Positions 26,809-39,964 of a DNA stretch of 64,000 nt are shown piece after piece. The first letter of the stretch is position 1; every line of letters starts with the position of its first letter. A program made the position numbers and the translations under genes. Origin of the DNA: Eledone cirrhosa (taxonomy: Eukaryota); NCBI GenBank assembly GCA_964016885.1, contig OZ024755.1, positions 27,342,001 to 27,406,000 on the forward strand, given 5' to 3'. The notes beneath the pieces were generated by a model, which worked only from the letters and a program-made list of their open reading frames with translations, was not told the DNA's origin and did no database searches.

Positions 26809-26880
26809 CTGTAGTGGATCCTCGGCACGCCGATTCAATGAATAGCAGCTCTGTAATTGCTTCACAAGCTTCATGACATC
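26809..26880 (-). CDS. TRMT10A: TRMT10A coding exon 3
   Basis: TTTCAG acceptor; DVMKLVKQLQSCYSLNRRAEDPLQ (Trm10 'KQxxxCYxxNRR'); donor CAG|GTAATA; 72 nt, phase 0/0. Confidence 0.93.
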
Positions 26881-27337
26881 CTGAAATTGAAGGAAACAGC
26901 TAAATATATATAACTAAAACACACTATGTTTAGAATCAGGTATTTTAGCATTTTAAAAATAATTATAATTTGATTTGAGCAAGGGCATTATACAATCTAT
27001 GTAGATGAGTTTTTCATTAGCTAAATAGATAGTTTTTAGTTACAAGGTTAAACAGAAAATAGACTGTTTATTATGAATATCATCATCATCATCGTTTTTA
27101 CATCCATTTTTTCCATGGGTTAGATAGGTCCTTCTTGGCACAGCATCTATCCACTTGCAATGTTTCTCTGAGAGACTCAGCAATTTCAGCTCAGATCTCC
27201 CCACCGCTACCCAGACAATCTTGGCAGGATCTGACTATTGTTGAAGGTGCTCCACCAACATGGACATAGTCTAATGATTGAAACCAGTAAAAAAAATACT
27301 AAATATTTTAGAAACCAATACTCAGTTTAATTTGAGG

Positions 27338-28800
27338 CCCAATACAGGTTGTTACTAGTTCAGCTCAGCCATGATTAAGCCCCAATCGAGGGTGTTATTG
27401 CTTCAGCTCAGCCCTGATTAAGCCCCAATACAGGTTGTTACTAGTTCAGCTCAGCCATGATTAAGCCCCAATCGAGGGTGTTATTGCTTCAGCTCAGCCC
27501 TGATTAAGCCCCAATACAGGTTGTTACTAGTTCAGCTCAGCCATGATTAAGCCCCAATCGAGGGTGTTATTGCTTCAGCTCAGCCCTGATTAAGCCCCAA
27601 TACAGGTTGTTACTAGTTCAGCTCAGCCATGATTAAGCCCCAATCGAGGGTGTTATTGCTTCAGCTCAGCCCTGATTAAGCCCCAATACAGGTTGTTACT
27701 AGTTCAGCTCAGCCATGATTAAGCCCCAATCGAGGGTGTTATTGCTTCAGCTCAGCCCTGATTAAGCCCCAATACAGGTTGTTACTAGTTCAGCTCAGCC
27801 ATGATTAAGCCCCAATCCAGGTTGTTATTGCTTCAGCTCAGCCATGATTAAGCCCCAATACAGGTTGTTATTGGTTCAGCTCAGCCCTGATTAAGCCCCA
27901 ATACAGGTTGTTATTAGTTCAGCTCAGCCATGATTAAGCCCCAATACAGGCTGTTATTGGTTCAGCTCAGCCCTGATTAAGCCCCAATACAGGTTGTTAT
28001 TAGTTCAGCTCAGCCCTGATTAAGCCCCAATACAGGTTGTTATTGGTTCAGCTCAGCCCTGATTAAGCCCCAATACAGGTTGTTATTAGTTCAGCTCAGC
28101 TCTGATTAAGCCCCAATCCAGGGTGTTATTGGTTCAGCTCAGCCCTGATTAAGCCCCAATACAGATTGTTATTAGTTCAGCTCAGCTCTGATTAAGCCCC
28201 AATCCAGGGTGTTATTGGTTCAGCTCAGCCCTGATTAAGCCCCAATCCAGGTTGTTATTAGTTCAGCTCAGCTCTGATTAAGCCCCAATACAGGTTGTTA
28301 TTAGTTCAGCTCAGCTCTGATTAAGCCCCAATACAGGTTGTTATTAGTTCAGCTCAGCCCTGATTAAGCCCCAATACAGGTTGTTATTAGTTCAGCTCAG
28401 CTCTGATTAAGCCCCAATCCAGGGTGTTATTGGTTCAGCTCAGCTCTGATTAAGCCCCAATCCAGGTTGTTATTAGTTCAGCTCAGCTCTGATTAAGCCC
28501 CAATACAGGTTGTTATTAGTTCAGCTCAGCTCTGATTAAGCCCCAATACAGGTTGTTATTAGTTCAGCTCAGCCCTGATTAAGCCCCAATACAGGTTGTT
28601 ATTAGTTCAGCTCAGCCCTGATTAAGCCCCAATACAGGTTGTTATTGGTTCAGCTCAGCCCTGATTAAGCCCCAATACAGGTTGTTATTAATTCAGCTCA
28701 GCTCTGATTAAGCCCCAATCCAGGGTGTTATTGGTTCAGCTCAGCACTGATTGGGGTTCAATCCAGGGTGTTATTGGTTCAACTCAGCCCTGATTGAACA
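27338..28800. repeat. 43-bp minisatellite (~34 copies), TRMT10A intron 2
   Basis: Unit AAGCCCCAATACAGGTTGTTATTAGTTCAGCTCAGCCCTGATT; alternating A/B dimer in the left part. Confidence 0.95.
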
Positions 28801-29169
28801 GATTTATGATCAAAGGTGTTCTCACTTAGAGCATTCTATATATTCTGCATAAATACTATTTTTCTAAGACTACATTTTAAAACAATAAGGTGTGATTTTA
28901 GGAATATACTTTATTTCCATTGCTCCTTCTGCCTGGAGTTGCAACCGACAGTAAGTATTAGAAAGACCAATGGAAACAGTTTCCTCGGTCTGATTTGACG
29001 AGCTCCATCCCACTCGTTAAACGAATGAGGTCTGGGATCTTGTCAATCGACTCCTATTTTGGTTGCTATTTCCAGCAAGTCAAAGTTCCTTCTTTCACTT
29101 AAGAGACTGCCAATACTTAACATGTACTAAGAGACTACATTTCTATTTAGCTTACAATATCAGTACAAG

Positions 29170-29465
29170 ATTACATCCAGGCAAAATACTCTCACACACC
29201 CTTATTAGACCAAAAAGCTGTTTCACTGCCACTTTCGCCTAAATAGACGGAAAGCTGCCTTCTTGATCCGCATCTCTGGACCCTGGAATCGGCTTCCAGA
29301 AGAAGTAGTCAATGCGCCATCCACGCAACAATTCAAGGCAAAATTGGACCTGTGTTGGAGTTGCGACCGATAGATAGTATTAGCAATTGGAAATACCAAC
29401 GGAAACATTGTTCCCTCGGTCCGATTTGACGAAAGTCGATCGTTCCTATATATTGAATTGAATTG
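29170..29465 (+). mobile_element. CR1/L2-type LINE 3' end
   Basis: Encodes FRLNRRKAAFLIRISGPWNRLPEEVVNAPSTQQFKAKLD; (AATTG)n tail. Confidence 0.7.
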
Positions 29466-30674
29466 AAAAAAATACAGTATACTGAGATGACCTCAACCAA
29501 CCAATATTAAGTGCAAATAAAGAGTAATCATAATGCTTTTATTGAGTTCACATTATCCAGTTAGAAGCTATAGGCATAGAACATGGTATAGCAACAGGAA
29601 CTAATCTGATACCACTATTCTGCCTATCAACTTACCATCACTATTCTATCTATCTACCTATATTGTCATCATTTTATTTATTTATCTATCAGCACCTTTC
29701 TGTTTATTAAGCGTTTAGCATTTAAAACAGCTGTATCCAGCTAAAATTCTCTCACCTCTTTGTCTTCAAACCAGCCATAACCGGCTGCTCATACTTATGT
29801 TAAGGTATTGTTCTCAAATTAAATTATATCAAAATCACATGGATTCAATATTATGAGATAAAAACCTTTATTGTGAAAATATAATAGTATATATAGAGCA
29901 ATATAAATGCTAAAGGGTTAAGCTGCCAACCCCATGGTAATAACATCAATAATGATCATTTCTAATTTTAGCACAAGGCCAGCAATTTTTTTTTTGGGGG
30001 GGGGGGGGATTACTTTGCCCTAGTACTTGACTGGTACTTATCTTATCGACCTCAGAAACATGAAAGGCAAAGTTGACTCTGGTAGGATTTGAACCCATAA
30101 AGTAAAGGGATGTAACTCTATGCTGCAAAGCCTGTTGTCTGATGCTATAATGATAATTGTTTCTACTTTAGGCACAAGGCCAGCAATTACCCAGTGTATT
30201 ACTGGTACTTTATGATAATAATAATTGTTTCTACTTTTAGGCCCACTTTCAGCAAATTTTTTTGGGGAAAAGAAAAGTCGATTAAATCAACCCCAGTGCG
30301 TGACTGGTACTTTCTTTTATTGACCCCTTAACCCTTTATCACTTACATTACTCTATATTTACTATTATATTTTCATGGTAAAGGCTTTATCTCACATAAT
30401 ATTGAATCTATGAGATTTTGATATTATTTATTTTCAGAACAATACCTTAACATCAGTATGAGTGGCCGGTTACAGCCGGTTTGAGCAGAAAGAGGCGAGA
30501 GAATTCTGGCTAGATACAGCCAGTTTAAATGCTAAAGGGTTAAAGATGAAAAGCAAATCTAACCCCCGCTGGGTTTGAACTCAGAAGGCAAAGGGACATA
30601 ACTATGCTGCGAAGCATGTCTGACGCTCTACCGATTCTGCCAATTCAATGATTGTAATAGTATTAGAATGATAA

Positions 30675-31290
30675 CTAGACCACCCGTGACCCATTGGGTC
30701 ATGTTCACTTCAAAATAGCCTTTAAAAATAATGTTCACTTAAAAATAATTTTTAAATAATTAAAATATACAGACGTGTTTGTATATAATGTGAAATGAAA
30801 CTGGAAGGCCCATATATATGTGTGTGTATGTATATATATATAAATATGTGTGTGTATACATATATATATGTGTATATATATATGTGGGTGTCTGTGATCT
30901 ATATACACTGGTCATAGATACACACATATATATATATATATAATATATATATATATATATACACACACATACATATATACACAACACCACCACTAGCTTC
31001 ATTCTCTTTCATTCTCCTCCTCTGTCTCTTCTCACTCTCTCTATGTCTCTCTTTCAATCTGCTCTCTTACAACCACTATCTCTTTCTCTCTCTCTGTTTA
31101 TAAAGGTTCCCAGAAAACCCTATATCTTGGGAACCCATGCTTCGATTTACGCGAAACTTGTTTTATTCCATTTGTATTCCCATTTCAGGGGCAACTTCCT
31201 TTCAAAGTATTTTCCCATTATGTGCCCTTTTGGCTGTATTACATTCCAGACAAGCAAGCAATCAATCACAGACTTTTAGTATTGTATAGA
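30675..31290 (-). mobile_element. non-autonomous Helitron
   Basis: TC start at 31290; hairpin GACCCAATGGGTC and CTAG end at 30675; A|T target; homologous to 39572-40223. Confidence 0.8.
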
Positions 31291-31294
31291 TATG

Positions 31295-31765
31295 TTTCTT
31301 GATTAGCCACAGAAGCACAAAAGAAGGGGACAAATACAAAGGGGGAAGTTTACATACAATAAAAACGTGTAAAATACTATCACAAATGCAATTTAAAAAT
31401 TAATCGATTTTCCCCAATAGGGGGAGACATTACGTATGGGTAACACATACCCCCCCCAAAAATGTGCAACCCTCATCTCCAAGAGTACGAAGAGTGAGTA
31501 TCCCTTTCCTCTCTTCCTCTTTTACCTCAACCTACAGGCTGATATAGAGAGAAGGCCCATTCACTCGGGCCATTCTCGCCACTTTCACCCACCTTTCATA
31601 AAACTTGCTGGGGTACAGCACCTCTCTCTCCATCCTGATTCTTCTTCTAAAGTGGTATTTGAAAAAAAGAATCAGTTGTTGGCCGGAGAAAAAGGTGTCT
31701 GACCTCAGCCCTTTCAACCTCGTCCACCATACAACCTCTTTCGCCATAGCTATCACACAGAGGAG
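31295..31765 (-). mobile_element. L1/Tx1-like LINE 3' end
   Basis: ORF end FFKYHFRRRIRMEREVLYPSKFYERWVKVARM...ISL-stop plus 3' UTR; near-identical copy at 61055-61535 (+); relatives at 37330-37770 and 42835-43205. Confidence 0.65.
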
Positions 31766-31816
31766 ATAGATAGATAGATAGATAGATAGTATTAGAAGTA
31801 TATAGAGAATGAATAC

Positions 31817-31982
31817 CTTTTCAGACATGTAACTGTCAAATGAACAGTCAATGGCAACTTTCATTTGACATTTAGACTGCTTCATGGAATTTTGTTTCAA
31901 AGCTTTCCTAGATGGACCCACATCTAGCCCTTTCTGAACAGCCTCCGCTTTACGTTGTTTCTTCTTCAGCCGTTCATGTTTC
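31817..31982 (-). CDS. TRMT10A: TRMT10A coding exon 2
   Basis: TTTCAG acceptor; KHERLKKKQRKAEAVQKGLDVGPSRKALKQNSMKQSKCQMKVAIDCSFDSYMSEK contains the Trm10 'IDCSFDxxM' motif; donor AAG|GTATTC. Confidence 0.93.
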
Positions 31983-34959
31983 CTGAAATTGTATTAAACA
32001 AATAATAAAACCGATGCATATCACCGTTGTCATCACCATCACCACTTAACCCTTTAACATTTACATTACTCTATATTTACTATTGTATTTTCGTGCTCAA
32101 AGCTTTATCTGACATAAAAATTTGTTGTAACAAAATATTCTTTATAACAAGATCGACCAAAAGAAATTGAGCCTCTGTTTGTTATTACCTCGAGGATTGA
32201 AAAAAATGTTGTTATACTGAAAAATTCGTTATAATGGTATTCATTATAATGGAATTTTACCTGTATTGTATTTTTGTGGTAAAGGTTTTATCTTACATAA
32301 TATCGAATCTATGAGATTTTGATATTATGTATTTTGAGAACAATACCTTATCAGTATGAGTGGCCGGTTACAGCTGGTTTGAACAAAATGAGGAGAGAGG
32401 ATTCTGGCTGGATATGGCCAATTTAAATGCTAAAGGGTTAAAAGTAACAGTGCATCTAAGAGGTGCTAAGAGAGGGAGAATTGGCTGTTACTTTTAGATC
32501 AAGCAGCCAGATAAAAGGTCCTTCATTGACTTATGACAATATAACTAAATGGAATGTGCTACTCCCATGCCTACTCAAAAAAGCACAATACCTACATACA
32601 TACATTTACACATTCATTTACATACACACATACATACATTTACACACACACACATACATTTACACACTTACATACATCTCTTTCTCTCTATCTTTGAAAG
32701 AAAGCAAATGCATGTGCCTATGTTGTCACAACCAACATTTTCAGTTTACTTTATGAAGCAGCAATGAGAAATTTCAATGAGTTTACATAAAGGACAAACA
32801 TACCATCTGCCTTATTACATATTTCCCACTAATGTTTTATGCAAATACCATTCTCTTAAAATTCTCCAGTTAAAGCCTCATGTTAACCCTTTAGCATTTA
32901 CATTACTCTATATTTACTACAGTGAAATTCTGTTATAACGAAATTCAAGGGGTATAAAAAAAAATTTGTTGTTAGAAAATATTCTTTATAACAAGATCGA
33001 CCAATTGAAAAAAATGTTTGTTATACTGAAAAATTCGTTCTAATGGAATTTTACCTGTATTGCCGACCTTACCCAATTACACCTTTCAAAGGCAATGACA
33101 CACGACCGTGACTTCTGGCATCACGCAGTAATACAGAGTACCCGACCTCCCATGGGTACAAGCTGAAGCATATAGACAATATGCCCCCACCGCAAGGTGG
33201 TCGTGGAGGTGCCACAGCAAAAAAGCACCCAGCCCACACTGTAAAGTGGACGTGTAGGCGCCACGAAAAAGCACCCAGCACTCACTGTAAATGAGGTTGG
33301 TGTTAGGAAGGGCATCCAGCTGTAGAAATCAAGCCAGATCAGTTCCTGTATGAGCAAGGCATGGTCAGCCGACCAGACACTGCCCACAACAGGACAACCC
33401 GTCTAACCCATGCTAGCGTGGAAGAACGGACGTAAAACGGTGATGATGATGGTGATGATGATGATTGTATTTTTGTGGTAAAGGTTTTATCTTACATAAT
33501 TATCTCACATAATATCGAATTTATGAGATTTTTATGTTATTTATTAATGAGCAGCCAGTTTGAACAGAAAGAGACAAGACAATTCTGGCCAGATACTAAA
33601 TGTTTAAATGCTAAAGGGTTAAACATGACAGATGTATATAAAATATCTTAAATATGCTTCAATGAGAATTGGACACTTTTTAAAGAAATTTACATTAGGA
33701 TTAACTATAAACTAGATGTCTACAGAGGATGGAATCACTCACTTTGAGATTAACTTATTCAGTTTGTCCTTACCTTTTTTAAGACAATAACATGCTATTT
33801 GCAGAAACCTATCTACTGTTGGTGCCACAACAAAATGCACCCAGTATGTTCTGTAAAGTTGTAAGTGACGAAATATGGTATACTATACATCTCCCATGAG
33901 GACAGACCGAAGTATGCATCCAGTGAAGCCCCCAGCCCACACTCTAAAGTGGTCGTGATGGTGACATGGTAAAAAGCGCCTAGCCCACACTATAAAGTGG
34001 CTATGTTGGCATCACAACAAAAGCACCCAGTACTCACGGTAAATGAGGTTGGCATTAAGAAGGGCATCCAGCTGTAGAAACCAAGCCAAAATCAGTTCTG
34101 TATGAGCATGACATGGTCAGCTGACCTAGCAATGCCTACAACAGGACAACTCGTCTAACCCATGCTAACGTAGAAAAATGGACGTAAAATGATGATAATT
34201 CTTTAGTCATGTTGAAGTTATGATAGTTTGTCTAGAGTTGGTGCCATGATAAAATGCATGGATGGTGTTAGGAAAGGCATCCAAACACAGAAACTATGCC
34301 AAAAATAGAATAAACAAGAAGTGGTTCTCCAACCAGTCCAAGAAAGAGGCCAGTAACTCTGAATAAGAACCAACTTGAATTGCAACAGTGTGTCCTACCC
34401 ATACCAGAAAAGAAAGTGAATGTAAAATGATCATGTATACATATAATAATGAAATTATTGTGTACAGTGCTCAGGTGCACTACAACTCATCAAAGGTGCA
34501 TGTATAGTACATAGAATAATGTATAAATGTCAGGAAAATGAACAGTGTACGAGTCATGAAATACATGTGTGCGTGTGTATGGAGGGGGGACATCAGGTGT
34601 AGTGTTGGCGAATCTCATTGGAGGTTTTAAAGGATGCAGTGTCTCGACAGCTAACAACTGATGCAGGTAGTTTGTTCCATGCATCAGCATGTAGATATAT
34701 GCTAGAAATAACCATCAAATCTCACCATATCTTATAAAAATATAGATTGAATAATGTAGCCCTAGATATATACACACTATGCTGGTGAAGATTTAAACAC
34801 CTTTCACCAGGAGTCTGCTTGAACAATATGAAAAATAAGAAATAAAAGATTAGAAGTTACAACAAATATGCAGACTTGCCAACCTCTAAAAAAACCCAAA
34901 CGGGAGGTACCATGAAAAAAAAGGGCCCCAAAACGGAGAGAAACGAGGCAAAATGACAT

Positions 34960-35143
34960 AATTGTTTCTACTTTAGGCACAAGGCCAAAAATAACCCAGT
35001 GCATTACTGGTACTTTATTTTATCGACCCCGTAAGGATGAAAGGCAAAGTCAACCTCGGCGGGATTTGAACTCAGATCGTAAAGGGACGTAACTATGCTG
35101 GAAAGCATGGCGTCCGACCCTCTACCGATACTGCCAATCCACT
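34960..35143 (-). mobile_element. tRNA-derived SINE family A with target-site duplication
   Basis: A box TGGCAGTATCGG, B box GAGTTCAAATCC, GCCTTTCATCCTTACGGGGTCGATAAAAT domain; flanked by the direct repeat GAGGCAAAATGACA. Confidence 0.85.
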
Positions 35144-36256
35144 GAGGCAAAATGACAATGAAAGCTATACCCATTTTCACAAGAGAAGACAACTCTCATC
35201 CACCCCTAACGTGGGTGAGAGATCTCCTCGCCGGACGGGGAGAGTTGACAGGTCCGAATATGGTAGGGACTTGCTATAGTGTCTCCGGATCATTTAGTTA
35301 ACTCCACATCACCAATCATCCAGTAGACCTATGCTCAAAGATATTCCAGCTTCGACCATCTCACGGAGGTTTTTTTTGAGGGGTGGGGGTCAGACAGTGT
35401 GCATTCAGGACTACCTGATCCAACCCTTTTTATAAATTATTTTGATGATTAAATTGTTTTTGTACTGATGTTTTCGGGCAGAATGTAAAGACTAACACAG
35501 CCTTGTTTTTTTACAAGCACCCTGCTGAGGATTTTTTTACTGTTAAGTTAGGGAAGGAAAGGTAGTGCCCATAACACACTTAGGGAATCCAAGGCAGGTA
35601 TTTCGGACAATATAAAAGGTTGGGGGATATTACAAATATGAATCACAAAATAGTTAGGTTAGTGCAGCCTTTTAACCCTTGTGGAACCCTTGAAACAGTT
35701 TTCATGTTTTATGGAACCCCTGCATAAAAATCTATTATATACCATTATTAATATCTATCTCTTTTAGCTTATTTATCAATGTTACTCGCGGAACCCTTGG
35801 GTTCCGTGGAACACCGGTTGAGAAACACTGGGTGTGGCAAAAAATAACACTCAGCGTTTACGGGCTAATAAGGGATCCTCTATGTGTTCGCTCGGTTGAG
35901 TAGAAATAGCAGCTAAATCAGTATCAAATTACAATATATTGTCTTATAAAGTGAAGCAAGCGTTGGATATTAAGGTCTTAGATATCCTTAAAAATACAGG
36001 GTCACATTCAGAGCTCTTTTGAACAGGTTTGCTCGACCAGGGCTTATCTATGGCTTAATAATAACGATTTCTACCTTAAATAAAAGGTCAGCAATTTGAG
36101 GGGGGAGGAGAAAGTCGATTATATAGATCCCAGTACCTGAGGGTCACTTTATTTTATTTAGCAAGGAAGGATGAAAAGCCAGGTTGCTCTCGATAGAATT
36201 TGAATTAAGAACGTTAAAAACATTTTGTCCTATGGTTAATTAATAACAAAACTCAC

Positions 36257-36411
36257 CGCTTATCTTTCTTAACTAATAACCATTTCTCACGTTTTTTTAA
36301 CTTCCGTAATTGATTTTTCGACAAGCTATTCGTTTTCTGGGATGTATCTTCTTCTGTAGCCTTATCTATCGTATCCACTTTATCTTCTGTCAGGTTATTT
36401 TCACTCGACAT
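36257..36411 (-). CDS. TRMT10A: tRNA (guanine-N1)-methyltransferase TRM10 homolog A, coding exon 1
   Basis: ATG at 36411; translates MSSENNLTEDKVDTIDKATEEDTSQKTNSLSKNQLRKLKKREKWLLVKKDKR, matching the Trm10 N-terminal 'SKxQxxKxxKxxxW' basic helix; donor CG|GTGAGT at 36256; phase 2 matches the next exon. Confidence 0.85.
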
Positions 36412-36640
36412 ATTTGTCTATAGCGCACTTCCATACAACGTCGAACTGAAGAGAAATACCGCGTGGAAAATCACATGTGTTGACAATAACGCACACTCTT
36501 CCAATATAGGTGGGATAACTACTGCCCTTACAAAGGTTGCAGGCGACATTCAAAAGATTTGGCAGATTCGTTATATATATAAAAATATATATATTATAGA
36601 GTAATGTATATATATATATTATGTATATAAAATATATATA

Positions 36641-36677
36641 TACAAAAAAAATTTTGTCGGAAAATTATCAACCCTAC

Positions 36678-36717
<40 letters not shown>

Positions 36718-36753
36718 GTAGGGTTGATAATTTTCTGACAAAATTTTTTTGTA
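36641..36753. repeat. inverted repeat with (TA)n centre upstream of TRMT10A
   Basis: TACAAAAAAAATTTTGTCGGAAAATTATCAACCCTACAAAAT-(TA)n-ATTTTGTAGGGTTGATAATTTTCTGACAAAATTTTTTTGTA. Confidence 0.85.
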
Positions 36754-36769
36754 CATGCACGCTAAGCAT

Positions 36770-37320
36770 TACCTTTCATCTTTACGGGGTCGATAAAATA
36801 AAACACCGGTAACGTACTGAGGACGATTTAATCGACTTTTTTCTCCCACCAAAATTGCTGGCCTCGTGCCTAAATCAGAAATCATTATTATGACGGTGAA
36901 TTGGCAGTATCGGTAGAGGGTTGGACGCCATGCTTTCTAGCATAGTTACGTCCCTTTACGGTTTGAGTTCAAATCCCGCCGAGGTTAACTTTGCCTTTCA
37001 TCCTTACGGGGTAGATAAAATAAAGTACCAGTCACGCACTGGGGTCGATTTAATCGACTTTCCCCTCCCCACAAATCCCCTCCCCACAAATCACTGGCCT
37101 TGTGCCTATATAAGAAATAATTATTATGACGTGGTTGATTGACAGTATCGGTAGAGCGTCAGACGCCATGCTTTGCAACATAGAGTTATGGCCCTTTACG
37201 TTTGGAGTTCAAATCCCACCGAGGTTAGCTTTGCCTTTCATCCTTATGGAGTCGATAAAATAAACCACTAGTAAGGCACTGGGATAATTGCTGGCCTTGT
37301 GCCAATAGTAGAAACAATTG
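36770..37320 (+). mobile_element. tandem cluster of three SINE family A copies
   Basis: Repeated A/B boxes and GCTGGCCTTGTGCC 3' ends; other copies at 21233-21648(-), 37860-38050, 41193-41382(-), 41944-42128, 53960-54175, 61872-62248 and 63759-63938. Confidence 0.85.
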
Positions 37321-38084
37321 CGTAATCATTGATGTTTATTTTTAAAATAAAATTTAGTAAGAAAAAAAAAAGGGAAAGAAAGAATAGAGGAATATAGAGA
37401 AAAAAAGAGAAAGAAAGAAGAAAAGAACGGGAGGGGAGGGGGTTGCAAGAGCTCTGGTGTCGCAGAAGAGAGAGAAGGGTGATTAGGCTTTGGGCCTAGA
37501 GCAAGAGGGCAGAAGTGCTGCGCCTCGCTGACAAGACGACAAAAGCATTTCCCCGGACGATGGCCAGTGACACCCGCTGCAACAGCCACCCAACCTCGCG
37601 GGGCTTCTTCCTCAGACGGGCCGCCAACGCTCCGATCTTGCTGAGGAGCTCGGCAGTATGGGGTCCAAGTACGCCTGAGATCTCGGTCGGACAAACTCTG
37701 GTATTTCTTTATTTTACGTTCTTCTGCGAGGCGGGCGTTTGTGGCCGAAAAGACTAAATTAGAGGCGGAAAACGTGTCGCAGTAGGTGGCGTCCCAGATG
37801 AGAGATCTACCTCCTTCGAATGGGAAGAGTGTGATCCCGTCAGGTATTATAATATATAGGGTGGTGGATTGGCAGTATCGGTAGAGAGTCGGACGTCATG
37901 CTTTGCAGCAAAGAGTTACGGCTCTTTATGGTGTGAGTTCAAATCCCGCCGAGATTAACTTTGCCTTTCATCCTTACGGGGTCGATAAAATAAAGTACCA
38001 GTAATGCACTGAGACAATTGCTGGCCTTGTGCCAAAAGTAGAAACAATTATTAGGCAGGACACAATTAATCTCTAAGTAGTGGT

Positions 38085-39933
38085 GGGCCCTACCTGACAG
38101 CGCTCCATGTGTTTCTGTCCGCCGGTCTCACTTTGGCCAAGTCAAACCTAGCTTGATCCCAACGGACATCCTCCATCCAAGTCCTTTGTGGTCTTCCTAG
38201 GCCTCTACTGCCTCCTGGATCGACATTCATTACTTTGTTGATCCAGCCCTCACTATGCCTTCACAGCGCATGCATCTCGTGTAAAGCACATCCTCGAGGT
38301 CGTTAATCAGCAGTCTTTTCAGGAGCTCAGTTGAGCTGACATCATCCTCAGTGGTCACACCGCACATTCAGCGGATCATAGCTCTGTCACTTCTTCTGGG
38401 CCGATTCAGACAGTCGGATGACATGGCCCAGGTCTTGCTGGCATGAAGCAACATGTTTCTCACACAGGCGTTATAAATCCTCCCCCTTGGTGACTAATGG
38501 CAGCCAGCGTGTCTGGAGGATTGGGAGAAGCTGCCTAAACTTATTTCATGCAGAGTTGCACTGTGGGATGGCGGCGAGCTTGGCTCCACCTCCCGTTGAC
38601 AACATGTCACCCAAGTAGCAAAATGATGCCACCACTTCCAGCTTCTCCTCACCAACTGGCACCTCTGTGAAAGGCCGATCGTCAATTGGCCTTGCTGTTC
38701 AACGGCACCTCTTGCATCTGAAGTCGTCCATGTACACCAGTCCGTCGGTTAAACAACTGCATCTCTTGTGCACCCACATAGAGCAACCCCCTAGAAAACT
38801 GTGCCTTGACCCGAGCCCTTAAGACGAACGGCACATCGGTCCTTGTCGGATATTTCCGGAGAGTGTCCAGGGCAGAGCCAGAAATGAGAACCTTGGTCTT
38901 GCCTATGTTGACACGTAGTCCTCTGCTCTCCATTCCAGCTTCTAAATCAGCCGCTCCATGCTTTCTGCCATGATGACAAGGTCATCAGCGAACAAGGCTT
39001 ACCACAGCCTGTGCGGAATTCTTGAGACAGGGCCTCCAAGACGACAATGAAGAGCAGTGGACTGAGACAGGAGCTCTGATGCACACCAACATTGACTTCA
39101 AACTCTTTGCTCAGGCTACTTCCGACCTGAACTGAACTGTAGGCATTCTGGTACATGCTCTGAACGAGTCTTATCAACCACTCCTCCACACCAAGCTTCA
39201 TCATGGACCACCAGATGACCTGCCTGGCTATTCGATCGAAAGCCCTCTCCAGGTCTATGAAGGTCATGTATAGGGGTTTTCCGACAATAATGAATTTCTC
39301 CTGCACACTGTGGACAAAGAAGATGGCATCAGTTGTTCCACGGCCATGCAAAAGCTGAACTACATGTCGTCGATCATCCCTTGCTGTCTAAGGAAGTTCT
39401 CAGTGACCCTCTCTAATACCTTCATCACCTGGTCGAGAAAGTTCAGGCCACGGTAGTTTCCGCGCTCGAGTGCAGTTCCTTTGCCTTTATAGAGGCTGAC
39501 AACAGTGCTAACCTCCCAGTCCGAAGGAACTCTGCCATGCACAGAGATGAACGCATACACATGTCTGGCAATCTATATACTACTAAAACTCTGTAATTGC
39601 TTGCTTGCTGGTTAGTAATGTAATACATCCAAAAGGGCGCATAATGGGAAAATACTTTGAAAGGAAGTTGACCATAAAATGGGGATACAAATGGAATAAA
39701 ATGGAATAAGTTTCACGTAAATTGGAGCACGGGTTCTCGAGATATGGGGTTTTACCGGGGACCTTCGTAAACAGAGAGGGAGAAACATAGATAGAAAGAG
39801 ATAGTGGTTGTGAAAGAGTAGATTGAAATAGAGAGATAGATAGAGGGAGAGGAGACAGAGAAGGAGAATGGAAGAGATAGAGCTGGTGGTGTTGTTGTGT
39901 GTATATATATATATATATATGTGAGTGTGTGTG

Positions 39934-39964
<31 letters not shown>

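Noticed and set aside
25678-26876. Repetitive ORFs of up to 323 aa across the 48-bp array
   Set aside because: The unit length is a multiple of 3 and stop-free in some frames; no protein homology, and antisense to a TRMT10A intron.
36518-36540. ACTAC-type ZNF143/Staf-like promoter motif
   Set aside because: Only a partial match; not supportable from sequence alone.
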